Of a stretch of DNA of 64,000 nt, positions 11,304 through 22,218 are shown in pieces (position 1 is the stretch's first letter; each line of letters starts with the position of its first letter). The notes under the pieces were generated by a model. That model saw only the letters and a list, made by a program, of their open reading frames with translations. It searched no databases and was not told the origin of the DNA. This stretch comes from Candidatus Eiseniibacteriota bacterium (GTDB lineage: Bacteria > Eisenbacteria > RBG-16-71-46 > CAZAMP01), in contig OZ245046.1 in assembly GCA_965224245.1 (NCBI GenBank), forward strand, positions 2,048,001 through 2,112,000, read 5' to 3'. Both the position numbers and the translations under genes were made by a program.

Positions 11304-11332
11304 TTGACGGCGCCCGGCCACCCCTCTAGAAT
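11304..11332 (+). promoter_or_regulatory. sigma70-type promoter of lon
   Basis: TTGACG-17 nt-TAGAAT. Confidence 0.75.
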
Positions 11333-11388
11333 GCGTAACTCGCTTTTTGCGCGACGCCCTCATCCAACCGTGCAGGCTCGGAGGATCC

Positions 11389-13959
<2,571 letters not shown>

Positions 13960-13995
13960 CGTCCCGCGGACCGGCCCGTCGGCGCCAGCCGGGTC

Positions 13996-14931
13996 TCAGC
14001 GCGGTGCCGGCTCCGCCGCGAGGAGCGCGTCGGCGAAGTCCCCGGCATCGAACGGGAGCAGGTCGTCCACCCCCTCTCCGACCCCCACGTACCGCACCGG
14101 GAGCCCGAGCGTGTCGGCGATCGACACGACCACACCGCCCTTGGCCGTCCCGTCCAGCTTCGTCAAAACGAGGCCGGTGAGCGGAAACGCGTTCTGGAAC
14201 TCGCGGGCCTGCTGGATGGCATTTTGACCGGTCGTCCCGTCGAGGACCAGCCACGTGTCGTGCGGGGCGCCCGGGAGCGCTTTCCCGATGACCCGGTGGA
14301 TCTTCCTCGCCTCGTCCATGAGGCCGACCTTCGAGTGGAGCCGGCCGGCGGTGTCGACGAGCACGATGTCCATCTCGCGGGCTCGCCCGGCGCTGACGCC
14401 ATCGAACGCCACCGCCGCGGGGTCGGAGCCGGATCGGCTCTGAACGATCTCCACGCCGGCCCGGGACGCCCACAGCGAGAGCTGCTCGTTGGCCGCCGCG
14501 CGGAACGTGTCGGCCGCGACGACGAGAACCCGCCTCCCGTCCGTGCGGAGCCGATGCGCCAGCTTGCCGATCGTGGTCGTCTTTCCCGTGCCGTTGACGC
14601 CGACGATCATCACGACGCGGGTCGGGACGTCCTCGGTGGGCTCGTCGCCGGCACCAGAGGTGGAGCGCTCGAGGATCGCGCGGATCTCGCGGGTCAGGAC
14701 GACCCGGGCCCAGTCGTCCGACTCGACGTCGTGGCCCGAGGCGCGGCGCAGCGCGTCGAGGAGCTTCTCGGTCGTCTCGAACGCCACGTCCGCGCGCAGG
14801 AGCGCTTCCTCCAGCGCGTCGGCGTCGTCCTCGGAGAGCCGGCGCGCCCCGCCCAGGCGATCGAGCGTGCCGGCGAGGCCATCGCGTGTCTTCTGAAGCC
14901 CGTCGCGTAAGCGGCGAAAGAGCCCCTTCAT
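13996..14931 (-). CDS. ftsY: signal recognition particle receptor FtsY
   Basis: GVNGTGKTTT, DTFRAAA, DTAGRL and TKLDGTAKGG motifs. Confidence 0.97.
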   Translation of the reverse strand: MKGLFRRLRDGLQKTRDGLAGTLDRLGGARRLSEDDADALEEALLRADVAFETTEKLLDALRRASGHDVESDDWARVVLTREIRAILERSTSGAGDEPTEDVPTRVVMIVGVNGTGKTTTIGKLAHRLRTDGRRVLVVAADTFRAAANEQLSLWASRAGVEIVQSRSGSDPAAVAFDGVSAGRAREMDIVLVDTAGRLHSKVGLMDEARKIHRVIGKALPGAPHDTWLVLDGTTGQNAIQQAREFQNAFPLTGLVLTKLDGTAKGGVVVSIADTLGLPVRYVGVGEGVDDLLPFDAGDFADALLAAEPAPR

Positions 14932-14958
14932 GCATCCCCCCGGTTCGTGCGGGCGCGC

Positions 14959-14987
14959 AGGCTAGCACGCGGGCTCCGGGGGGTCAA
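14959..14987 (-). promoter_or_regulatory. putative ftsY promoter
   Basis: TTGACC-17 nt-TAGCCT. Confidence 0.55.
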
Positions 14988-15087
14988 ACGCCGGGATCCG
15001 ACGCGTACGGGCATCGGCACCGACACCCGGCACGGGCCGGGCTCCGCGCGCTTGAGCGCCCACGCCGCGCCGGCTAGAGTCCGCCGC

Positions 15088-16494
15088 ATGACGCTCCCCG
15101 ACGGCTCCGAGCGCGCCGAGACGCTCCTGGATCGCATTCACGCGCGGCTCGCGGAGTCCGGCCCTCTCCACTCCGAGGACCTCGCCACCGAGTTCCTGCG
15201 CCTGACGAGTGGCGTCGGTGGCGGACGCCTGATCGACCGGATGCTCACCGGTCAGCGTGACTTCGCCCGAACGCCCGACGCGCGGTGGGCCGCGCGGCCG
15301 AAGCCGCCGCGGGAGCTGACCGAGACGTCGTTCGTGTGCGTGGCGGTGGACGTCGCGCCCGGTGGCGCGATCCATCGAGGCGCCGCGCTCGCCATGCGCG
15401 GCTCGGACACCGAGATGCGATGGCGCGCCGAGACACCCTCTGATGTGGACCCGCGCGCGCTCCTGGACGCGCTCCGCGGAGGCGTCATCGTGGCCGAGCA
15501 CGCCCCGTCGCTCTGGCGCTGGGTCCGCGCGAACACCGATGCCGAGATCGCCGACTACCCCGCGCTCTCGCTCGGCCGGCTCGCCACGGGGCTGTTTCCC
15601 GACGCCGGTATCTCGGCGCTGGACGATCTCGCCGAGCGGCTCGGGATCGCCACACCCCGGTCCGACGAGCTCGCGATGCGCGCGGCGCGCGTGGCCGACA
15701 TCCTCACGGCCGCGATCGAGACCGCGGCGCTGGCGGGGGCACGATCGCTGCACGACCTGATCGCGCTTCAGTACACCGGAGCGAACGCGGTGGATTTCTC
15801 GCGGTTCGCATTCGACGAGTCCGCCATCCGAGCGCTCCCGGACACCCCGGGCGTCTACGTGATGCGCGACCACGAGGGCGAGTGTCTCTACGTGGGAAAG
15901 GCGCGCGCGCTCCGGACCCGCGTGCGCTCGTACTTCTATCCGGTCACCGCGCGCGATGCGAAGCTCGAGCGCCTCCTCGGCGCGCTGTACGACCTGGAGA
16001 CCCACGACGCGGACTCCGAGCTGGCGGCGCTCCTCCTCGAGCACGAGATGATCGAGCGATTGCGTCCGGAGGTGAACACGCAGCGCGACGTGCACGGAGG
16101 CGACGTGGCCGTCGTGCCGGCGGTCATCGTCGAATCCGCGTCCGAGGCGGGCTCGGTGTCGCTGATCGGCGTGACGCGGGTGCGCCTTCACCGGTGTGTC
16201 GTGGCCGTCGAGGCGCTCGATGCCGTCGAGATCGAGGCGTGGCTCGGCGATGTGCTGGCCGACCTCGACTCCGGCGCCGATCGCACCGAGTCGCGGCACT
16301 CGCAGCCGACCGCCGAGGGGATCGCACCCGCCCCGGACGACGTCGTGATCGCGGCCCGCTACCTCGCCCGACACCGCGATGCCCTCACGTGGCTCGATCT
16401 CAGGCAGGTCCCCGAGCCGGGTCTCGGAGCCGATCGGCTGGCCACGCTGATCGCGTCGCGGCTGGCCGGTCCCGCGCCCGTCCGGGCCGTCTGA
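15088..16494 (+). CDS. GIY-YIG nuclease (UvrC/Cho-like) with a degenerate DnaQ-like N-terminal domain
   Basis: LPDTPGVYVMRD...LYVGKARALRTRVRSYF...ALLLEHEMIERLRPEVN is a GIY-YIG domain. The N-terminal part resembles DEDDh-fusion proteins but lacks DxETTG. Confidence 0.8.
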   Translation: MTLPDGSERAETLLDRIHARLAESGPLHSEDLATEFLRLTSGVGGGRLIDRMLTGQRDFARTPDARWAARPKPPRELTETSFVCVAVDVAPGGAIHRGAALAMRGSDTEMRWRAETPSDVDPRALLDALRGGVIVAEHAPSLWRWVRANTDAEIADYPALSLGRLATGLFPDAGISALDDLAERLGIATPRSDELAMRAARVADILTAAIETAALAGARSLHDLIALQYTGANAVDFSRFAFDESAIRALPDTPGVYVMRDHEGECLYVGKARALRTRVRSYFYPVTARDAKLERLLGALYDLETHDADSELAALLLEHEMIERLRPEVNTQRDVHGGDVAVVPAVIVESASEAGSVSLIGVTRVRLHRCVVAVEALDAVEIEAWLGDVLADLDSGADRTESRHSQPTAEGIAPAPDDVVIAARYLARHRDALTWLDLRQVPEPGLGADRLATLIASRLAGPAPVRAV

Positions 16495-16603
16495 TCACCT
16501 GATCACCCGGTCGCCGGTCCGCACGAGCGAGCCCCGACGTCGACCCCCGGGGCCACCGAGACCCTCGACGCTGTGCGCGCGATCGCCTCGCGCCCGGACG
16601 ACG

Positions 16604-16639
16604 AAAAACGGGCACGGCCGTCGAGACGACCATGCCCGC
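16604..16639 (-). terminator. intrinsic terminator after tRNA-Leu
   Basis: GCGGGCATGGTCGTC-TC-GACGGCCGTGCCCG-TTTTT on the minus strand. Confidence 0.8.
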
Positions 16640-16646
16640 TCACGAT

Positions 16647-16731
16647 TGGTGCCGGGGGCGGGACTTGAACCCGCACGGCTTGCGCCACACGCCCCTTAAA
16701 CGTGCGTGTCTACCAATTCCACCACCCCGGC
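16647..16731 (-). tRNA. tRNA-Leu, anticodon AAG, with long variable arm and encoded CCA
   Basis: GCCGGGG-TG-GTGGAATTGGTAGACAC-G-CACGT-TTAAGGG-GCGTG-TGGCGCAAGCCGT-GCGGG-TTCAAGT-CCCGC-CCCCGGC-ACCA; anticodon at 16697-16695. Confidence 0.95.
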
Positions 16732-16751
16732 GACACTGGCGTCGCGTTCGA

Positions 16752-17261
16752 TCAGTTGCCCGGTGTGTCGCTCCCGGCGGCGCCGCCTTCGGCGGGAGGC
16801 GTCTCGGCCGGCGCCGACTCGGCCGGCGACGACTCGCCCCCGATGGGCGGAAGCGTGAGCGTGCCTTCGCCGGCGCCGGTCGGTGTCTCACCGGCGGGCG
16901 GAAGGTCGGCCTCGGGCAGGCCCTCGAGCGGCGGCAGGCCGAGCTCGGTGCCCCCGGCTGCGGGCGCCATGGGCCGGAACTGGTCGATGATCTCCTGATC
17001 TCGCGACGAGCCGGAGCCGCCGAGCACGCCGCTGAGCAGGAACAGGCTCAGCGAGGTGGCCATGAACGTCGCGCCCAGCACCTGGGTCGTGCGGGTCAGG
17101 AAGTCGCCCGCGCCCCGGCCGCCGAACATCGCCTGGGATGCGCCCGCCCCCCCGAAGGCGCCGGCCAGACCGCCACCCTTGCCCGACTGGAGGAGCACGA
17201 CGATCAGGAGGCAGATGGCGACCATCACGTGGATCGTCATCAGCAACCAGTAGAGAATCAT
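16752..17261 (-). CDS. secG: preprotein translocase subunit SecG with a long Pro/Glu-rich tail
   Basis: VVLLQSGKGGGLAGAFGG...FLTRTT; conserved tpiA-secG-tRNA-Leu synteny. Confidence 0.93.
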   Translation of the reverse strand: MILYWLLMTIHVMVAICLLIVVLLQSGKGGGLAGAFGGAGASQAMFGGRGAGDFLTRTTQVLGATFMATSLSLFLLSGVLGGSGSSRDQEIIDQFRPMAPAAGGTELGLPPLEGLPEADLPPAGETPTGAGEGTLTLPPIGGESSPAESAPAETPPAEGGAAGSDTPGN

Positions 17262-17308
17262 ACAGTTACCTCGGATTGCGAACCGTCGGTCCGTTCAAAG
17301 CGAGGGGA

Positions 17309-17337
17309 ACAGTATCACCTGCCCCCTCCGGGGTCAA
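17309..17337 (-). promoter_or_regulatory. putative secG promoter
   Basis: TTGACC-17 nt-TACTGT with an extended TG; the -35 overlaps the tpiA stop codon. Confidence 0.55.
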
Positions 17338-18095
17338 CGCCGACGGGGGACCGCCTCCACGATCGCGGCGAAGGCCGCGGCGTCCAGGCTTGCCCCGCCG
17401 ACGAGCGCGCCGTCGACCCCGTCCGCGGCCAGGAGCTCCGCCGCATTCCTCGCGTTCACGCTCCCGCCATAGAGGATCCGGACGTGGCGCGCCCACTCGG
17501 CGGTCTGGGCACGCGCGGCGACCCGGCGCAGGATGCCGTGCGCATCGGCCGCGATCTCGGGGGTCGCGGTGCGACCGGTGCCGATCGCCCACACCGGCTC
17601 GTAGGCGATCTCGAGCGCCCGGCCGTCCAGATCGAGCCCGTCCAGGGCGGAGACGAGCTGGTGCTCCAGCACCGCCTCGGTGAAGCCGTCCTCGCGCTCG
17701 GCCTCGGTCTCCCCCACGCACACGATGGGCGTGAGACCGGCCGCCAGAGCGGCCTCCGTCGTCCGGCGCACGACCGTGTCGGTCGCCCCGAAGAACTGGC
17801 GCCGCTCGGAGTGTCCGACCAGCACGTACCGGGCACCCAGCTCGGCAATCATGCCCATCGAGACCTCACCGGTGAAGGCGCCCTCCGTCTCGAAGTGGGC
17901 GTGCTGTGCCCCCGGCGCCACCGGTGACCCACGGAGCACGCCGGCGACCGCGCCGAGGTGCGGGAACGGGGGGCAGACCAGAACGTCGGCACGCGCGCCG
18001 TCCGAGACGGACGCGGCCACGGCACGGGCCAGCTCGGACGCGGTGTCCAGCGTTCCGTGCATCTTCCAGTTGCCCGCGATCAGCGGGCGCGTCAC
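17334..18095 (-). CDS. tpiA: triose-phosphate isomerase
   Basis: IAGNWKMHG, GHSERR, AYEPVWAIGTG, YGGSV and LVGGASL motifs; GTG start overlaps the pgk stop. Confidence 0.97.
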   Translation of the reverse strand: MTRPLIAGNWKMHGTLDTASELARAVAASVSDGARADVLVCPPFPHLGAVAGVLRGSPVAPGAQHAHFETEGAFTGEVSMGMIAELGARYVLVGHSERRQFFGATDTVVRRTTEAALAAGLTPIVCVGETEAEREDGFTEAVLEHQLVSALDGLDLDGRALEIAYEPVWAIGTGRTATPEIAADAHGILRRVAARAQTAEWARHVRILYGGSVNARNAAELLAADGVDGALVGGASLDAAAFAAIVEAVPRRR

Positions 18096-19294
18096 GGCCG
18101 CCACTCCGAGAGCGCGGCAACCCCGGGAAGCGTCTTGCCCTCGAGGAGCTCGAGCGCGGCCCCGCCACCGGTGGAGACGTGGCTCATCTCGGCGGAGAGC
18201 CCCGACTGAGCCACCGCGGCCGCGGAGTCGCCCCCGCCGATCACCGTGGTCGCGCCGGCCCGCGTTCGGGCGGCCAGGAGGCGCGCCACGGACATCGTGC
18301 CCTCGGCATAGGCCGGAACCTCGAATACGCCCATCGGCCCGTTCCACACGATCGTCTCGGCCGGGCAGAGCGCCTCCTCGATCGCGGCGATGGTCTTCGG
18401 CCCGATGTCGACGCCCAACACGTCGTCGCCGATCGCGGTCACCGGGACCACCCGGCCCGGATCGCGGCCGTCGATGCCGGACGCCACGCGGCAGTCCTCG
18501 GGGAGCACCACGCGGACGCCGCGCTCGCCGGCGTCGGCGAGCACGCGACTGGCCGTCTCGACGAGATCGTTCTCCACGAGCGATCGCCCCACGCGCACAC
18601 CCTTCGCCACGAGAAACGTGAACATCATGGCGCCCCCCAGGACGAGCGTGTCCACGCGCGACAGGAGCGACTCGATCACCTCGAGCTTCCCGCTGACCTT
18701 CGCGCCGCCCAGGACGGCGGCGTAGGGGCGCGCCGGGGACGCCATGAGCTGAAGCAAGTAGTCCAGCTCCTTCTCCATCAGGAGGCCGGCCAGTGAGCGG
18801 TCGACGTGGGCGGTCACGCCGACGGTGGACGCGTGCGCGCGGTGCGCGGTTCCGAAGGCGTCGTTGATGAAGCTCCGATCGGTCAGCGCGGCGAGCCCGC
18901 GCGCGAACACGGAGTCGTTGTCGGTCTCCTCGGCGTGGAACCGCAGGTTCTCGATGAGGAGCACGTCGCCGGCCCCGAGCGCACGGGCACGGCTCTCGAC
19001 GACCTCGCCCACGCAGTCGGTGACGAAGCCGACCGGCCGGCCGAGCAGCTCCGCGAGTCGCACCGACACCGGAGCCAGGCTCAGCTCGGGAACGTGCCGT
19101 CCCTTGGGACGTCCCAGGTGGCTCATCAGGACGACGGCGTTGTCCTGCTCCACGAGCCGCCGGATGGTGGGCAGCGCGGCCTGGAGCCGCGTGTCGTCGG
19201 CCACGACACCATCTCGAAGGGGAACGTTGAAGTCGACGCGCACGAGCACCCGCTCGCCGCGGACGGGCGTGTTCTGAAGCGTTTGTCTGGCCAA
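18092..19294 (-). CDS. pgk: phosphoglycerate kinase
   Basis: VRVDFNVP, SHLGRP, DAFGTAHRAH, WNGPMGVFE and STGGGA motifs. Confidence 0.97.
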   Translation of the reverse strand: MARQTLQNTPVRGERVLVRVDFNVPLRDGVVADDTRLQAALPTIRRLVEQDNAVVLMSHLGRPKGRHVPELSLAPVSVRLAELLGRPVGFVTDCVGEVVESRARALGAGDVLLIENLRFHAEETDNDSVFARGLAALTDRSFINDAFGTAHRAHASTVGVTAHVDRSLAGLLMEKELDYLLQLMASPARPYAAVLGGAKVSGKLEVIESLLSRVDTLVLGGAMMFTFLVAKGVRVGRSLVENDLVETASRVLADAGERGVRVVLPEDCRVASGIDGRDPGRVVPVTAIGDDVLGVDIGPKTIAAIEEALCPAETIVWNGPMGVFEVPAYAEGTMSVARLLAARTRAGATTVIGGGDSAAAVAQSGLSAEMSHVSTGGGAALELLEGKTLPGVAALSEWRP

Positions 19295-19435
19295 CGTGCG
19301 TCACTCCGGCGGCGACCGCCGCATCGCGGATCCGCCGAGCGGATCCCAGCCGACCCTGGCGCGGGGCCAGGCGACTCGGAGACGACCCGAGACGATCGCC
19401 CCCACACGACCGAAGCAGCCGCGGCGCGGGCGTCC

Positions 19436-21022
19436 TCAGAGGATGCCGACCACCGAGCTGTAGGCGAGACGATAGATCCCCACGCCGTTCTCGTCCACCA
19501 GGATGAAGGCCATTCCGGTGCCGGGGGGATCCAGGCCGGGCATCAGCACGCCATTCGCGCTGTAGTACTTCCAGATCTCGAAGGCAGGGTTCGCGTTGAT
19601 GTATTTGCGATAGAGCTGCTCGAGTCGTGGGTCGTTCAGATCGACCAGGCCCGACAGCCCGCCCTCGATCTCGTCGCGGAACACGTCCGAGAAGGAATCG
19701 TCGCGACTCGGGATCCGCACCTTCACGATCTCGTCGGGCTCGCCGAAGCGGATCAGCAGTCGTCCACGATCGCTGAGCTTGCCGCCGTCCAGTCCCCTGA
19801 AGTCCCGCTCCGCCTGGCGCAGCCTCGCCTCGAACTCGGCTCGGGCCTCGTTCTCCGGCGTGCCCGGTGATGGATCCAGCGACTCCCAGAGCGCAGCCAT
19901 GTAGGCCGCCCGCTCACCGGGGGCCTTCGCCTCGAAGACCTCGAAGTCCCCCGGAGACAGGAGCACGCGCGCATCGTTCAGGACGGTCTCCTCGTCCTCC
20001 GCCCAGGCGTGGGCGTTCCACAGCACGTGGAAGTCCCCGTACGTCACGTCCAGCTCGCGGCCGTCGTCGTCGAGAAGCTCGATCGCAAGCGTGTAGGTCC
20101 CGGTGGGGTACTCGGAGACGTCGAAGCGCTGGATGCGGCCCGCGCGACCACCGTGCGACCGCTGCGTCTCCTCGGCCCGCATGACCTCGGTCCCCCGCGT
20201 GTCCAGGATGCGATACCGCACGCGGTTGGCCAGTGAGTCGCTCCGAAACCCCGAGTCGGGCGAGCGCCGGTAGATCTCGTAGTAGATCGGAAAGACGGAT
20301 CGCTCGGCTCCGTAGAAGCGCGAGGGCGCCGGCCGCACACCGACGCCGGCATGGACGCTCAGCGTCGAGAGCTCGACATCCGGACCGTCGAGATCCACGA
20401 CCGACGCGCCGAACAGGATCCCGCTCAGATCCGCTTCGGGTGACACGGCGCGATCCCTCGGAAGGAGGCCTCTGGCCTCGCCCGAGCGATGGGACTTCTT
20501 GAGGAGGCCGACCAGCGTCTTCTTCTGCGAGCGAGCGTCCTCGACGCGCACGTGGATCTCCGAGGGCGTGAAGTTGACGCGGCCTCGCATAACCCAGAGG
20601 CCCTTGGCGTCCGCCCGCCGCGTGGCCTGGAAGGAGCTCGCGAAGAGCCGGGGCTCGGCCGTGAACGTCCGCTCGGTCTTCCTCCGGTCGTCGCGCACGG
20701 TGACCTCGACGATCAGCTCGGCCCGGTAGCGTTGACCGGCGCGGACCCACTCGAGATCCACGTGCGGAACCGCCACCGCAACGTCGACGACTCGCTCGTC
20801 GTCCGCATCGCGGAACACCGCCGCGTCCGCGACGACGTGAAGGTCACCGGAGGCATGCACGGGCAGGACCGAGACGTCTCGCTCGAACGCTTCCTGCGCG
20901 TCCCACGCGCGCGCCGAGTCCACCGGCACCGCCGTGAACACCGTGGGCTCGGTCACCCCCGGCGCGGTCGCGGCCGCCAGCCAGGCGATCGCGCCGAGCC
21001 CCCGGAGTAGATGCCACCTCAT
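19436..21022 (-). CDS. GWxTD-domain periplasmic protein
   Basis: Signal peptide; C-terminal LWESLDPSPGTPENEARAEF...GGKLSDRGRLLIRFGEPD...FEIWKY is a typical GWxTD domain with a variant motif. Confidence 0.8.
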   Translation of the reverse strand: MRWHLLRGLGAIAWLAAATAPGVTEPTVFTAVPVDSARAWDAQEAFERDVSVLPVHASGDLHVVADAAVFRDADDERVVDVAVAVPHVDLEWVRAGQRYRAELIVEVTVRDDRRKTERTFTAEPRLFASSFQATRRADAKGLWVMRGRVNFTPSEIHVRVEDARSQKKTLVGLLKKSHRSGEARGLLPRDRAVSPEADLSGILFGASVVDLDGPDVELSTLSVHAGVGVRPAPSRFYGAERSVFPIYYEIYRRSPDSGFRSDSLANRVRYRILDTRGTEVMRAEETQRSHGGRAGRIQRFDVSEYPTGTYTLAIELLDDDGRELDVTYGDFHVLWNAHAWAEDEETVLNDARVLLSPGDFEVFEAKAPGERAAYMAALWESLDPSPGTPENEARAEFEARLRQAERDFRGLDGGKLSDRGRLLIRFGEPDEIVKVRIPSRDDSFSDVFRDEIEGGLSGLVDLNDPRLEQLYRKYINANPAFEIWKYYSANGVLMPGLDPPGTGMAFILVDENGVGIYRLAYSSVVGIL

Positions 21023-21110
21023 CGGTCACCTCCCCTCGACGCGGGTCCCGCGCCACCGGCGCACCTCGCGTCGACTCGACGTGCCCCGAGGGGGAGAGTC
21101 GTCGTCGACG

Positions 21111-21148
21111 AAAACGGGGACGACGCCGTCGTCGCGGCACCGTCCCCG
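21111..21148 (-). terminator. intrinsic terminator after the PorV-family gene
   Basis: CGGGGACG...CGTCCCCG-TTTT on the minus strand. Confidence 0.6.
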
Positions 21149-21176
21149 GGATGCGTCGTGCGTGTCCGCCTCGTTC

Positions 21177-22115
21177 CTAGAAGCTCAGCTCCAGGGAGAA
21201 TCGGTGCGCCTGACCGAGATCCTCCATGTCGGTGTACGCGTAGTCGACGCGCGCGTTCGAGGACACGCTGGCCGGGAACTCCACGCCGACGCCGGCCGCT
21301 ACGCCCTCGGAGTCGTAGCGGTAGTTGTAGCCGCCCCGTACGTGGAAGAAGCTCCGGAACGAGTACTCGGCGCCGAAGTTGCCGCGCTCCTGGTTGTCCG
21401 GCGGATGACTGAACTCCGCCGACGCGAGCAGCGCGTGCGAGTCGTCGCGGTACAGGTTCATCGACATGCCGACGCGGAAGGTCGTCGGGATCTTCACGTT
21501 GCGCTCCAGGAACTTCATGTCCGACCCGATGTTCGCGATCGTCATGCCGATCTTGAGCGAGCGGAAGCCGGTGTTGTACAGCGTGCCGAAGTCGAACGTG
21601 TACGCGGTCGCGGAGTAGTCGGCGAGCCCCTCGCGCACGTAGTACCCGCTCACGCCGGCCGAGAACTTGTCGGTCAGCGAGCGCGAGTAGGTCAGGCCGA
21701 ACGCCACGCTCCCGGCGTCGAAGAACTCCCCGGACTCGCCGACGTCGTCGAGCACCGTGCGCACGGGCTGCTCGTCCATGTAGAGCGAGCGTGCGCTCAG
21801 CGCCAGGGTGCCCGGCAACCAGTCGAACTGAAACGCGTACGCCGCCTGCGTCAGCGACACCTCGGCCGGCCACGCGACGTGATTGAACGACAGTGCATTG
21901 TCGGTGAGGCGAGCGACGCCGGCCGGATTCCAGAACACGGCGCTGGCGTCGTCGGCGACCGCCGTGTACGCCCCACCCATGCCGGCCGCGCGCGCGCCAT
22001 AGCCGATCTTCAGAAACTGAGCGCCGACGGTTCCGACCTTCTGGAACTCCTGGGCACTCGCGATCCCCGGCAGAACCAGGCCTGCGACGAGGATGATCCT
22101 CGAGACCCGTTTCAT
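21177..22115 (-). CDS. PorV/PorQ-family (UPF0164/FadL-like) outer-membrane beta-barrel
   Basis: Signal peptide MKRVSRIILVAG; FLKIGYGARAAGMGGAYTAVADDASAVFWNPAG; ends HRFSLELSF. Confidence 0.85.
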   Translation of the reverse strand: MKRVSRIILVAGLVLPGIASAQEFQKVGTVGAQFLKIGYGARAAGMGGAYTAVADDASAVFWNPAGVARLTDNALSFNHVAWPAEVSLTQAAYAFQFDWLPGTLALSARSLYMDEQPVRTVLDDVGESGEFFDAGSVAFGLTYSRSLTDKFSAGVSGYYVREGLADYSATAYTFDFGTLYNTGFRSLKIGMTIANIGSDMKFLERNVKIPTTFRVGMSMNLYRDDSHALLASAEFSHPPDNQERGNFGAEYSFRSFFHVRGGYNYRYDSEGVAAGVGVEFPASVSSNARVDYAYTDMEDLGQAHRFSLELSF

Positions 22116-22218
22116 CCGTCCTCCTTGCCACCCCTCAGGTGTCCACCGCCGCTCGAGGCGGCAAACCAATCCCCGAGCGCGCGCCGGCGCGCCCCCGCCA
22201 TCGCCCCTGCGCGGGGAA

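Noticed and set aside
16691-16705. Reading the tRNA anticodon as TAA
   Set aside because: Shifting the loop by one base breaks the anticodon stem. Only CACGT/GCGTG gives a 5-bp stem with a 7-nt loop centred on AAG.
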